Assembly: GCF_009914755.1 (NCBI RefSeq)
Contig: NC_060944.1
Strand: one strand, 5' to 3'
From: the human T2T-CHM13v2.0 reference genome, Homo sapiens
DNA length: 64,000 bases
Under the pieces are notes generated by a model, which was not told the origin of the DNA, did no database searches, and worked only from the letters and a program-made list of their open reading frames with translations. Below, one piece after another: positions 39,340 through 52,495 of the stretch. Positions within the stretch are counted from its first letter, which is position 1. The number at the start of each line of letters is the position of its first letter. The position numbers and the translations under genes were made by a program.

Positions 39340-39730
39340 GGAAAATGGCCGTGAGTCGGTCTCGTGTCCAGTTAGAACTAACTCATCAGGGTGCGCATCT
39401 GCAGTCTTCTGTTCCGGCAAGGAGAAAGCATTCGTATCATTTCTAGCTTGTCAAGCCCTACTGTTTCAGCGATCCTCATTGGAGAGGAATCAGCAGTCGA
39501 AGGAACAGCGGGCCAAGCGCAGTCGTGACGTGGCGTTCAGAGAGCGGAAGTTGTCAGATTTCACCGGGCCGTAAAGCGCGCTGGCTGTGTCATCTTCCGG
39601 TTAGCGACAACGGCTCTGACCGTCTGGCAGGCCGCGTGGCGCCCGCGCCGGCCTTCCTGCAGGGGACTCCACCGGAGCCTTGCCAATTCCGTTTGTTTCC
39701 CTGTTGTCGCCCGCTTCACCCTGGATCATG
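39340..39730 (+). promoter_or_regulatory. MCTS2 CpG-island promoter; known maternally methylated germline DMR
   Basis: CpG-dense island in otherwise CpG-poor intron; TGACGTGG 39526-39533, ETS CGGAAGT 39545-39551 and CTTCCGG 39594-39600, YY1-like AAAATGGCC 39342-39350. Imprinting status is from established knowledge, not visible in sequence. Confidence 0.85.
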
Positions 39731-40273
39731 TTCAAGAAGTTTGATGAAAAGGAAAGTGTGTCCAACTGCATCCAGTTGAAAACGTCAGTTATTAAGGGCA
39801 TTAAGAGCCAACTGGTAGAGCAATTTCCAGGTATTGAACCATGGCTTAATCAAATCATGCCTAAGAAAGATCCTGTCAAAATAGTCCGATGCCACGAACA
39901 TACAGAAATCCTTACCGTAAGTGGGGAATTATTGTTTTTTAGACAAAGAAAGGGGCCTTTTTGTCCAACTCTAAGGTTGCTTCACAAATACCCTTTTATC
40001 CTGCCACACCAGCAGGTTGATAAAGGAGCTATCAAATTTGTACTCAGTGGCGCAAATATTATGTGTCCAGGTTTAACTTCTCCTGGAGCTAAGCTGTACC
40101 CTGCTGCAGTAGATACGATTGTAGCAGTCACAGCGGAAGGAAAACAGCATGCTCTGTGTGTTGGGGTCATGAAGATGTCTGCAGAAGATATTGAGAAAGT
40201 CAACAAAGGAATTGGCATTGAAAATATCCATTATTTAAATGATGGGCTGTGGCACATGAAGACATATAAATGA
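39728..40273 (+). CDS. MCTS2: MCTS2 retrogene (MCTS1 paralog; DENR partner, translation reinitiation/recycling factor with PUA domain), intronless, nested in HM13 intron 4
   Basis: ATG at 39728 (atcATGt); uninterrupted 181-codon [27 protein letters not shown]...[11 protein letters not shown], near-identical to MCTS1; no introns. Also catalogued as MCTS2P/PSIMCT-1. Confidence 0.96.
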   Translation: MFKKFDEKESVSNCIQLKTSVIKGIKSQLVEQFPGIEPWLNQIMPKKDPVKIVRCHEHTEILTVSGELLFFRQRKGPFCPTLRLLHKYPFILPHQQVDKGAIKFVLSGANIMCPGLTSPGAKLYPAAVDTIVAVTAEGKQHALCVGVMKMSAEDIEKVNKGIGIENIHYLNDGLWHMKTYK

Positions 40274-41252
40274 GCCTCAGAAGGAATGCATTTGGGGGGC
40301 TAAATGTGGATATTGATTGTGTCGTATGTGTGTTTGTGTCTGTGTGTGACAGCGTGAATACAATGCCTCTGTGGTTATGCTAAATAAGTTTAACAGATAC
40401 TTTATAGAAAACAAATCAGGGTGCTCTTACCACAGATGAAAAAACAAATTAGGGGACAAGCAGCAAGCAGTCTGCTAACACTCTGGAATGTGAAAGGAGT
40501 GTCTGGACTCTGTGACTCCCGGCAAACTCCACAGCCTCTAGTTGTCTTCTTAGGAAGCTTGGAAGCAATTGAGAATGGTCTAACATCAAGATGTCTACCA
40601 CAGGGCCCCCCACAAAAGCAGCCTCGGGGACTCCGGCCTTTCCTTGAGACCTGCATCTCTTCCCTTCTTCATCGCCTGCTAGTGAACTGAGGCTGCCGCT
40701 AACCTTCTTCATCCTTTGGTGGCAAAGTAGAAAGATTCCAGAATTAACTCGACCTTTCTAAAGACCTGGGCTCAGAGGCAGCTGGCACTGACTGAGCACC
40801 CACTATGTGCCAGGCACTGTGCTGAATGCATTGTAAGGACTGTCTTACTTATTCCCCCACAGCAGCCCTAAGAAGGGGTGCTGTTATCCCCTTTTTACAG
40901 ATAAGAAAACTGAAGCTCAGAGAGGGCACTGCCTTCCCCAAGGTCACCCAGCTACAAGTAACAAAGCCTGTGCTTCTAACACCAAAGACCACTTCCCGCT
41001 GACACTGTGCCAGGCTTGTAAGTCTCTCTCTGGGCCTCCATTCCCTCCTGTAGGAAATTGGAGGGGTTGGGGTGGCTCCAGTGAGCTCTCCCCTTCTGAA
41101 ACTCATACTAATCTGGGGCAGCCAAGGCTTAGCCCCGCCAGCCTGTGAACCTCTCACAGTGCCCACAGCCATGCCCTCCTCCGTCCAGGGGCTGACAGGT
41201 GGGAGGGGTAGCCCTGCCTCAGGGAGTGGACTTACCTGGCCTCTCTGCTCAG

Positions 41253-41338
41253 AGATCATCAATTATGAATTTGACACCAAGGACCTGGTGTGCCTGGGCC
41301 TGAGCAGCATCGTTGGCGTCTGGTACCTGCTGAGGAAG
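41253..41338 (+). CDS. HM13: HM13 coding exon 5
   Basis: Acceptor ctctctgctcag|; IINYEFDTKDLVCLGLSSIVGVWYLLRK; donor AAG|GTGAGT; 86 nt. Confidence 0.97.
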
Positions 41339-41430
41339 GTGAGTAGTCAGGACCTGGGCAGAAGGGGAGGATGGGGTTGACAGGGCAGGGTGGGTCACAG
41401 CAAGCTGGTCTCACTCCCCGCTTTCCTCAG

Positions 41431-41556
41431 CACTGGATTGCCAACAACCTTTTTGGCCTGGCCTTCTCCCTTAATGGAGTAGAGCTCCTGCACCTCAACA
41501 ATGTCAGCACTGGCTGCATCCTGCTGGGCGGACTCTTCATCTACGATGTCTTCTGG
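41431..41556 (+). CDS. HM13: HM13 coding exon 6 (catalytic YD motif, D219)
   Basis: HWIANNLFGLAFSLNGVELLHLNNVSTGCILLGGLFIYDVFW; cag| acceptor, |GTGAGT donor; 126 nt. Confidence 0.98.
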
Positions 41557-42287
41557 GTGAGTCAGGCAGGGATGCCAAGGATGTCTGGCTCCGGGGCCAT
41601 CTCATCTCATCACCCTGCCTCTCTGGCCCAAGTTGCAGTCATCTGACGGAGAAGAGCTGTTTTGGGCTGAAGTTCCGGACCGCAGAGCAAGTCCTCTCTG
41701 GGCCCATCTGTGAGATGGAGCCAGAGAGAGCAGATTCTACCTCTTTCTGAGAGCACACTCATGCCCGGTGCCTTCCGACCACCTGCCTCTCTTCCTTGCT
41801 AGCAGGGGTGTTACCTAATCCCATGTCTCCTTGGCAAGGGAGTTGAGACTCAAAGAAGTTCAGGTAGGGGTGGAAGAATGTTGATGAATGGGCCCAGCAA
41901 GGGCATTCACATTCACTCTGAGAGGCATCACAGAGGGACTGACGTCAGCCTGACTCAGGTACCCTTTTCCTGGCCCCAGGCAGCCTCTTCCCCTCTCAAG
42001 TGGGTAGCGCTGGGGGACTTTATCACTTGGGAGGAACAGAACTGTGAACAAACATAGGCTGCCTGGCTTGGGCCATCAGAGGTCTTTTCTATACTCCCTC
42101 GAATTTCCCCTTTGTTGCCCAGAACCAGTATCAGTGGCCACCTCACCTCAGCTTCAGATCTGCACTGGAGCCCCTCCCAGCTCCCCTCAGATCCCAGGCA
42201 GCAGCACATCTAGAAGCCCAGGGACAGCCATTCTTCCCCCCACAGCCCCTCACTTCCCTTCATACTGCTCTTTTTTTCTCCTTCTAG

Positions 42288-42345
42288 GTATTTGGCACCA
42301 ATGTGATGGTGACAGTGGCCAAGTCCTTCGAGGCACCAATAAAAT
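42288..42345 (+). CDS. HM13: HM13 coding exon 7
   Basis: Acceptor ttctccttctag|; VFGTNVMVTVAKSFEAPIK(L); donor |GTAAGT; 58 nt. Confidence 0.97.
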
Positions 42346-42788
42346 GTAAGTGACCACCCTGCCACAGGGAACCCCTTCCCCCACCCCTGCCGGGCCATGC
42401 CCCCACAGCCCGTTTCAGTCAGTGCATCTCCCTATCTCTTCCCCATGTACCTCTTCCTCCTGTGGCTCCCCAGCCTGGTTTCCTTATCCTCAATTGATTC
42501 ATCTGGCTGTGTTCATCCTGCCCAGGTCCCGGCCCCTGGCCACTTGGTCGTGGTGCAGCATGGCGTGAAATGAGCCAAAATGGGAGCGAGCATGGAGGGG
42601 AAGTGTTTAACCCAGCCCGGGGGGCACGCGCAGGGGCTTTCCAGGAGAGAAAACCTCTAAGCCGAGACCCCTCACTGGGGTCCCCTTGGCACCTGAGTGT
42701 CGGGTGCTGTCTATCCCGTGCCTCTCAAACTGCCTTGGTTTTGTTCTTCAGTGTATCCACTGTTTATAAGTAATAGAAAATCCACCTA

Positions 42789-43404
42789 CAGGTTGAGCAT
42801 CTCTAATCCGAAAATCTGAAATCCAGAATGTTCCAAGACCCAAAAGTTTTTGAGCACTGACATGACACCACAAGTGGAAAATTCCACACATAAGGACTTA
42901 ACACATGTGAACTGTGTTTCATGCAGGAAATAGCATTTTAAGATTGTATAAAACTCTTTAGGAGGCTGAGGCGGGAGGATCACTTGAGGCCAGCAGTTCA
43001 AGACCAGCCTGGGTAACAGCAAGACCCTATCTCTACAAAAAATTAAAATATTAGCTAGGAGTGGTAACACACATCTGTAGTCCTAGCTACTTGGGAGGAT
43101 CTGAAGCAGGAGGATCACTTGAGCCTGGGAGTTCCAGGCTGAAGTGAGCTATGATCATGTCCCTGCATTCCAGCCTGGATGACAGAATGAGGCCCTGTCT
43201 TTAAAATTTATATATGTATAAATATATATGTGTGTGTACATATATAAAACTACCTTCAAGCTATTATGTATAATGTGAATTTCATATTTAAACTTAGGTT
43301 TTATCCCCAAAACATTTCATTATGTATATGCAAATATTCCAGAATTCAAACAAAGTTTGAAACATTTCTGGTTGAACCATTTCAGATATGGGATACTCAA
43401 CCTG
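42789..43404. mobile_element. Tigger4/MER46-type TcMar DNA transposon MITE with inserted Alu
   Basis: Terminal inverted repeats CAGGTTGAG...CTCAACCTG with TA duplications at 42787-88 and 43405-06; Alu fragment at about 42960-43200. Confidence 0.8.
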
Positions 43405-45409
43405 TATAACTGTCTTTAAACAAGGGGGAAATTTTGTCATCTCACACTACAGCAAGCCCAGGGGTAGAAGGCTCAGAGTGAGTTAATGACCCTCTCTTCA
43501 CCAAGAGCCAAGGTTACTTCAGGACTCCCACCCCAGCATTCTCAGCATGTCCACCTGCCCCTTAGGTCATCCCTTCATGGTCCCAAGATGGCTGCCACAG
43601 CTCCCAGCACTGACTCCTCACATAGCTGTGTCCAGAAAAAGAAAGGGGAAATTATGTCTCAGGGAGGGATGGTTTTTCCCAAGTCTCCTGTGCAGTCTCC
43701 CTCATACTTTATTGGCCAAAACTGTGTCACAGGCCCAAGTCTAAACCATTCACCAGTGAGGGGGATAGGAAACATGATTGGCTTAGAGTTTAAGCTTTAG
43801 ACTAGTGGAGAATCACCTGCTGGTATTACAAGGCTCAGAGAGGGGAACAGAATCCGTCAGGCATGCTAGCAAGGAAGAGAGGAAGATGCTGCCGGGAGGG
43901 CAGGCAACAGTGAGTGCATGCCATGGAAGCACTGGCTCGTGGCGACAGGCAGTCGTTGGGGGAGACTGGGGGAGATTCCACTCAGGGGATCAAGAAACAG
44001 CTGTCTTTCTCGTGACTCACTCTACCACTGCGGACAGCCTTTCTCCCTGCGTTGAGGAGAGCTTCATGGCCACAAACAGCTCCTGAATTCTGTGGTCCCA
44101 GCTTAGTGACCCCAGAGGAAAACAGGTTTCTCCCAGCTTTGGCCTGAATAAACCTACAAGACCTGGCCTGGCCCATGAGCCAGACACTCCCACTGGAGAG
44201 ATGGAGGATCGTGATGGACAGGCCAGGGTCACTGCCCTCTCCAGGGCCTGGGGGCAGAGTATTGGAATTGGCAGCCCCCGAGAACCAAGTGTACACGGGG
44301 AGGGCATTTCTCCAGAGCAAGGGAACAGATGCTGGGCCAGCCAGAGCAACAGCTATTCCCCAGTGCCTTGATGGTTGAGCCTGGGGGTGTGTAAGCCCAG
44401 AGAACCCAGCCAGGGTGTCAGGAAAATCTTTTCTGGGTCATGAAGGATGAATACACATTTCCCAAGCATACAGGGGCAATATGGGCATTTGAAAGATAAT
44501 GTACAGCTTCAGCAAAGGGCTGGAGGCAGGAAGGTGCATGGAGGGGCCTGGGAGCAGAGAATCAGGGAGTGGGCATAGCTGAGTTCAGGGAAAAGAGGCT
44601 GGAAAGAGGTGGGCAGAGGCCAGATTTGGGAAGCCAAGGATGCCACTCTAAGGAGCTTGGACACTGCCCCGTAGGCCACTGGAAGACTCCGAGCAGGGAA
44701 GTGGTGCTGTCATATTTGGTTTCTGATACTTAGGGTCTGGTTTTCTGGGCTAGGGAGAAGACCCACTGCCTTCTACTGCTAGGACTAGTGCTCAGTGGCA
44801 GAAAGGCAGAACAGTGAAGTGCTCATATGCTGACATCAGGCTGCCTGGACTTGAATCTCAGCTCTGCCACTTGCTGACCGTGTGGCCTTGGGGAGAAGAC
44901 TTGTCCTCTCTGAGCCCTGGTTTCTAGAACTGTAAAATGGTGACAATAGTCTCTGCCACTCAAAATTGAATGGTACCAGGATTGAGAGAGAAAATCTGTA
45001 AATCACTGCGTTGTACATTCAAGGCAGGAAGAGGCAGGCAGGGCAAGGGTACCTATCCATGTATTAGGGAAGCACAAGCTTATTCAGAATCCCTGTGCAC
45101 GCACCTCTGTGTACCTGTTGTTGGCCAGATGAAGGTTGCAGTGAGCCAAGATCACACCACTGCACTCCAGCCTGGGTGACAGAGTAAGACTCCGTCTCAA
45201 ATATATATGTATATATGTATAAAGAAATAAAAATTAAATGGCCAGGCGTGGTGGCTTACGCCTGTAATCCCAGCACTTTGGGAAGCTGAGGTGGGCAGAT
45301 CACAAGGTCAGGAATTCGAGACCAGCCTGACCAACATGGTGAAACCCTGTCTCTACTAAAAATACAAAAATTAGCCAGGCATGGTGGCGCATGCCTGTAA
45401 TTTCAGCTA

Positions 45410-45578
<169 letters not shown>

Positions 45579-46719
45579 TCAAGGAACAGGATTTTCCTGA
45601 TTGGCTTAGTCTTGCACCACACTTATCACCTGGGAAGGCTGCCTAACACAAAACCAGGACTGGATTAGTAAAGAAGGCATGAGGTAGCAGTTAACTGTGT
45701 ACAAATCATCTAATCTTCACTATCACCCTGAGGGGTCAGTTCTGTTGTCTACCCGTTTCACAGGTGACAAAACTAAGGCAGGTAAGTAACCTGTGCAGAG
45801 CACAGAACTAGGATTCAGACCTACAGACCCACAAGTCAGCCTCTAAGGCCCACTTATAACTGCTCTTCTGCTTGCAAGGCCCTATGGATGAAATCCAGTT
45901 ATAACCTCCTTTTGCTATAACTAGACACAGAGGGAGGCGTTTCTCCCTAATCTGTATTTATCCAGACAAGCTGTCCAGCAAGATTTCTGAGTGAGGGGCT
46001 TTAAGGAAGCAATCTGCGGGTGTGTAGCCTTTTCTCCCTCAGCAAATACAGAAGGAGCTTATAGCCCGGGCTCACCCTGCTTCAGAACAAGGGCCAACAT
46101 CTGTCCATACCCCTGTTATAGTGAGATGGGAAACCTTGTAGATGTTGGCACTGTGTGGCTCTTTTCTTTTATATACTGGGCTTTAGGGTCAATCCCATTT
46201 AACCAAAGGGTTCAATAGCTATAAAAAGGCGTTGAAATTGTATGGTTATTTGAGTTATAGCTCAGTAAAGGCATTAAATCTTCAGCCTAGATGACCCTAT
46301 TCCTCCCCACTCTAACCAGCTGTGACTCCAGATGGAGACATTGCCCTGCATCCTCTCACGTCCCCATCCCCCACATCCCACCCAGAAACAAATGTGTGAG
46401 TTTCATACAACAAGAATGGGGGGTTAGGAGTCAAAGTAAGCTGGGAATACAAAAATGGGGCGGGCGTCTAAAATCCCAGCTACTCAGGAGGCAGGAGAAT
46501 CACTTGAGCCTAGGAGACAGAGGTTGCAGTGAGCCAAGATCGTGCCACTGCACTCCCGATTACAGTCCTCATTGCCCTGGGCAATAGAGCAAGCCCCGTC
46601 TCAAAAAAAAAAAAAATACAAAGTAGGCCGGGAGCGGTGGCTCACGCCTGTAACTCCAGCACTTTGGGAGGTCGAGGCGGGAGGATCACGAGGTCAGGAG
46701 ATCAAGACCATCCTGGCTA

Positions 46720-47118
<399 letters not shown>

Positions 47119-47992
47119 TTACTGCTAAACAGACAGGCTTACCAGCTGAGAAAGAGAAAAGGTAAGGCTGGATCAGGCCAGGGATTGGTGAAGGGTTCCC
47201 CCTTAACATCCGTTTACGGAGGGCCAGTCAGGTGCCATGCCCCAAGCTGGGTCCTGGTCAGGTGTCAGTGAACAAGACTGTCTTCACAGAGCCTCTGGTC
47301 TAGGTGAGCAGATGTTGCTCAAGAACTACAAAAGTAAAAGTCTAATGACAGATTGAGGTACACTCTGAAAAAGCACGTTTCATGACAATCTTAACAGACT
47401 GGACCCCTGTCACACACACCCACACATACACATACCCCTTCCCAGCATCTGCAAGCATCACAGATGTACCAGAATTGCCCTAGCCCCCTTGCTCCTCCTC
47501 CCTGTGCCAAGACATCTCCAGGGAGAACACACACATGGGCTCCTGTCTGCACTCTCAGCAGAGGAGCATGTGCGTGCACACCTGCTTATCTGCAGAGGCT
47601 GGCCTTTGAGCCCCTGGATCTGCGTGTGGGTTCTAGTCAGTGTGTCTGTGGGTATGGACACGGGCCCTGTCCACAATCCAAGCAGGATAGCACATCCTGC
47701 GCAACCACAGCCTGGCCTCACTTTGGGGCAGGAGCAGCTCAAACTACCAGTCAGGAAAGAGACTAAGGGCAAAGCTGAGCTGCTGAAGTGGCTGAGGCTC
47801 GGGTGTGTCTGCTTATCTGGGCCCAGTTGTGGGGGCAGTGAACCCAAGGGACATACTTGTCTTCCTAGCCTCAGAGTGAGAGGGTTAGAAGCTTGCTTAA
47901 AAGAAGGTTTTAGCTGGGCACAGTGGCTCACACCTGTAATTCCAACACTTTGGGAAGCTGCGTGGGGAAGATCACTTGATGCCAGGAGTTCA

Positions 47993-48530
<538 letters not shown>

Positions 48531-49026
48531 TGAGATTACAGGCATGAGCCACCACGCCTGGCCGACCCCGTCTATATTTTTTAAAAGAAGAGGAATTATT
48601 TTAAAGCAGCAGATTAAAGGCTGACTTACTTTCCAGGGTAGGATATTATAGCAATTCTGATCACCTAGGGTGATACAGGCACTTCTATTTGTGACAGTTG
48701 CATTTTGTGACACATGGAGGTGACACAGAGGCTTTCCCTGTTTTACCAGTGAGGAAACTGAAGCTCAGAAGTAAAGGGAATGATACAAATTCACACACTA
48801 GTAAGCAACAGGGCCAGGACTCAGACCAGCACTGTCCAACTGCAAAAAAGGCTACGCTGTCAGAACTGCTCCTTACAGCAGCACTAGCAGTAATAAGACG
48901 GTAATCACAACAGCTACCATTTATCAAGCACCTGTCGTGTACCAAGAATGGTGCTAGGTGGCCGGCCGGGCACGGTGGCTTAAGCCTGTAATCCCAGCAC
49001 TTTGGGAGGCTGAGGCGGGTGGATCA

Positions 49027-49335
<309 letters not shown>

Positions 49336-49766
49336 TTACAGATAAGGAAACTGAGGTTTGACTTGCCTGAGGCCACGAGGGTATGGGCTTGCACCCATGT
49401 GTCTTCATAATTTGCAGTGCTGTGAGGCAGGGAGACTTGCTTCCCCAGTAGAAGGCATCTCTGTCAGACAAAAGAAATGGAGTCCTGTAAAGCATCTGGC
49501 TCACTCTTAAGGGCACGGTCTGTCATTCACCCACACAAACTTCCCCTGTGTCCTTGTCATAAGTTCCAGGCTTGAGACAGGCACAGGACATCTCGGCATA
49601 TCTGTCCTTTCCCCACCCTCTATATATATCCCCAGTAGTCCCGCAATCACAATAAATGTAAGTTGATCACAGTGGAGCGTTGTTTGGAAGGCCAGATGCA
49701 CTTTAGGAGTGAAAATCCCTGGCAGAGCTCTGACCCCTGGATTAGTTGGAGAACACTCGTAGAAAT

Positions 49767-49785
49767 CAGCCGCCAGGGGGCACTG
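49767..49785 (+). promoter_or_regulatory. CTCF consensus site (intron 8)
   Basis: CAGCCGCCAGGGGGCACTG is a near-perfect match to the CTCF core. Confidence 0.7.
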
Positions 49786-50002
49786 AGTTCCCAGCTTGAT
49801 TCCAGAATAACTGCAGTTGTCTGCTCTATCCCCAACCAACTCCCTACTCCTACAGAGTATTCATTGAGAACTAATTCATTTCCCTCTTTAAAATTAATCA
49901 TATGTTGACAGTTGACAGGCAGTGCTTCTTTTTTTTTTTTTTTTTTTTTTTTGAGATGGAGTTTTGCTCTTGTTGCCCAGGCAGTGCAATGGCACAATCT
50001 AA

Positions 50003-50110
<108 letters not shown>

Positions 50111-50909
50111 TAGTAGAGACGGGGTTGCACCATTTTAGTCAGGCTGGTCTTGGAACTCCTGACCTCAGGTGATCCGCCTGCCTCGGCCTCCCAAAGTGCT
50201 GGGATTGCAGGCGTGAGCCACCGCACCCGGCCAGGCAGTGCTTCTCAGCGCCTTCCTTCAAGTAAATGAGACTCAGAGCCCAGAGCCCAGTAAGGGAGGC
50301 GACACACAGGGTGTGCGTATAGCACAGGGACAGGACTGGTTGGCTGTGTTTTGGGGTTGCTTAGGCTTCCGGGATGTCTCTTTCTTTTTCTTTTTTCTTT
50401 TTTAGCAGAACCATTGCTTACAATTGGCTTGGTTTTCAAGTTTCAGAGTGCAGTGGGTGGACCGAGGTAACCCTCTCCTGTGCTCCTGTGGAGCCTTCAA
50501 ATAGCCCACTGCTTGCCCCTCCTCCTCCCCCCTCCAGCCACGCACTGCCACAGGGGCCTTTTTCAAAATGTGTTTAGGTTGTTCTGCTCAGAACTCCTCC
50601 AGTGCGTCTCTTCACTCAGGATAAAGACCCAACTCCTCCCCATGGTCCTCGGGGCCCTGCAGGGCTGGTCTATCTCCTCATCTCCTGCCAGTAGGCAAGC
50701 TGCCTTAGTGACCCCTCAGTCCCTGCCACATCTCCTGAGCACTCTTTCTCCAGGACCTTTGCACATGCTGTTCTCTCCTCCTGGCGTGTGGCATTTCCAA
50801 GAAGCCTTCCTTCTTTCCCCTCCTTCACCCCTGCCCAGCCTAGGTCTCATCCTGTTACACCTTCTTACAACATGGGAAGCACAATTCTCCTGCCTCAGCC
50901 TCCCAATAG

Positions 50910-51369
<460 letters not shown>

Positions 51370-51835
51370 TGACCTCGTGATCCACCCACCTCTGCCTTCC
51401 AAAGTGGAAGCACTCTTTAACAGTCACAATCTCACAATGATTTCCGTGACTATTTGAGGTATGTCATAGTGTGGCTACCCTGTCCCCCTGGCTGAGCTCT
51501 GTGGGAGCAGCGATTTTGCCTACTCCTACATTTCCCATAGTGCCTGGTACATAGGCACTTGATAAGCATTTGGGCAGACACGGTGTGACATAGTATGATG
51601 CGGTGAGGTGCTGGGTCATTGTAGTCCCAGGCCAAAGCAAAATCCTGGGCCCCTCTCATTGTTCTAGGTAGAGAAATGGGACTTTCTGCTGTCACTTGAG
51701 AGTATTGGCCACACCCTTGGTCTCCAATGATTGCTCCAAGATGGAACACCAGGTTGGGGACCAGGACCCAGTCTCCTGTTAGTTCACTGCCCTGCTGCTT
51801 CCCTGCCACTCTCTAACCCCAGCTTTCTCCCACAG

Positions 51836-51872
51836 GGATCTTCATTGCCTTGCTGCTGCGCTTTGACATCAG
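51836..51872 (+). CDS. HM13: HM13 coding exon 9
   Basis: IFIALLLRFDI(S); ctcccacag| acceptor, CAG|GTGAGT donor; 37 nt. Confidence 0.96.
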
Positions 51873-52476
51873 GTGAGTGAGTGAGGGCCTGCCCCAGCAT
51901 GGGCTTCTCCAGGGATTCTCCAGTGGCCTTCAGGAGCCCAGAGAAGGTACCTCAGGAGACCAGACCCTCCACCCCCACAGCAGCCAGAGCAATTCTGATT
52001 TTATCTGCATTTTGCATCTTGAAGTTCTAAGTATTTGAAGAGCCTGTGGTCAAAAAATTGTTTTAAGAATCATAGGCCAAGAGATTTAAACCCACAAGGG
52101 CCTGGTGGTACTCACAGTGCTTTCTCACTGTGTGACCTTGACAAGTGGCCTGACCTTCCTGAGCCTCTGGTTTCTCATCTTGAGTTAATAACAAGAGTTC
52201 CTACCATGAAAATCTGGAGAGAGTGCTGAGCACACACTGACCTCAGTCGCTCTTGGTTGAATCCTGGTTGCAGTCATCATCATCATCTTTTATCAGCCTA
52301 GCGTCAGGTCACCATGTCTCAGCTGCTCTAGCTGTTCCCTGCCCTCTCTTTACTCAGACATTTTTCAGTCTGTTGTAGACAGTGAGCACGAGGGGGAGAA
52401 GGTGGGCAACTTAGGTCAGCGTTTAAAACACAAGAAAGGTCTTATCCAAGTTAATGCACCTATGCAATGGGACTTG

Positions 52477-52495
52477 CCGTCAGCAGGGGGCGCCA
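52477..52495 (+). promoter_or_regulatory. CTCF consensus site (intron 9)
   Basis: CCGTCAGCAGGGGGCGCCA core with an upstream TGCAAT resembling the zinc finger 9-11 module. Confidence 0.65.

Noticed and set aside
39680-39727. 16-aa TTG-initiated extension of MCTS2 in the ORF track
   Set aside because: Homology to MCTS1 starts at ATG 39728; the TTG has no +4 G and the segment looks like retroposed 5'UTR.
41230-41240. ACTTACCTGGC identical to the U1 snRNA 5' end (a perfect antisense donor) before exon 5
   Set aside because: No further U1 homology; CTTAC is adequately explained as the branch point about 18 nt before the acceptor.
42338-42343. AATAAA inside coding exon 7
   Set aside because: Explained by codons CCA ATA AAA (P-I-K) and sits next to a strong U1 donor that would suppress cleavage.
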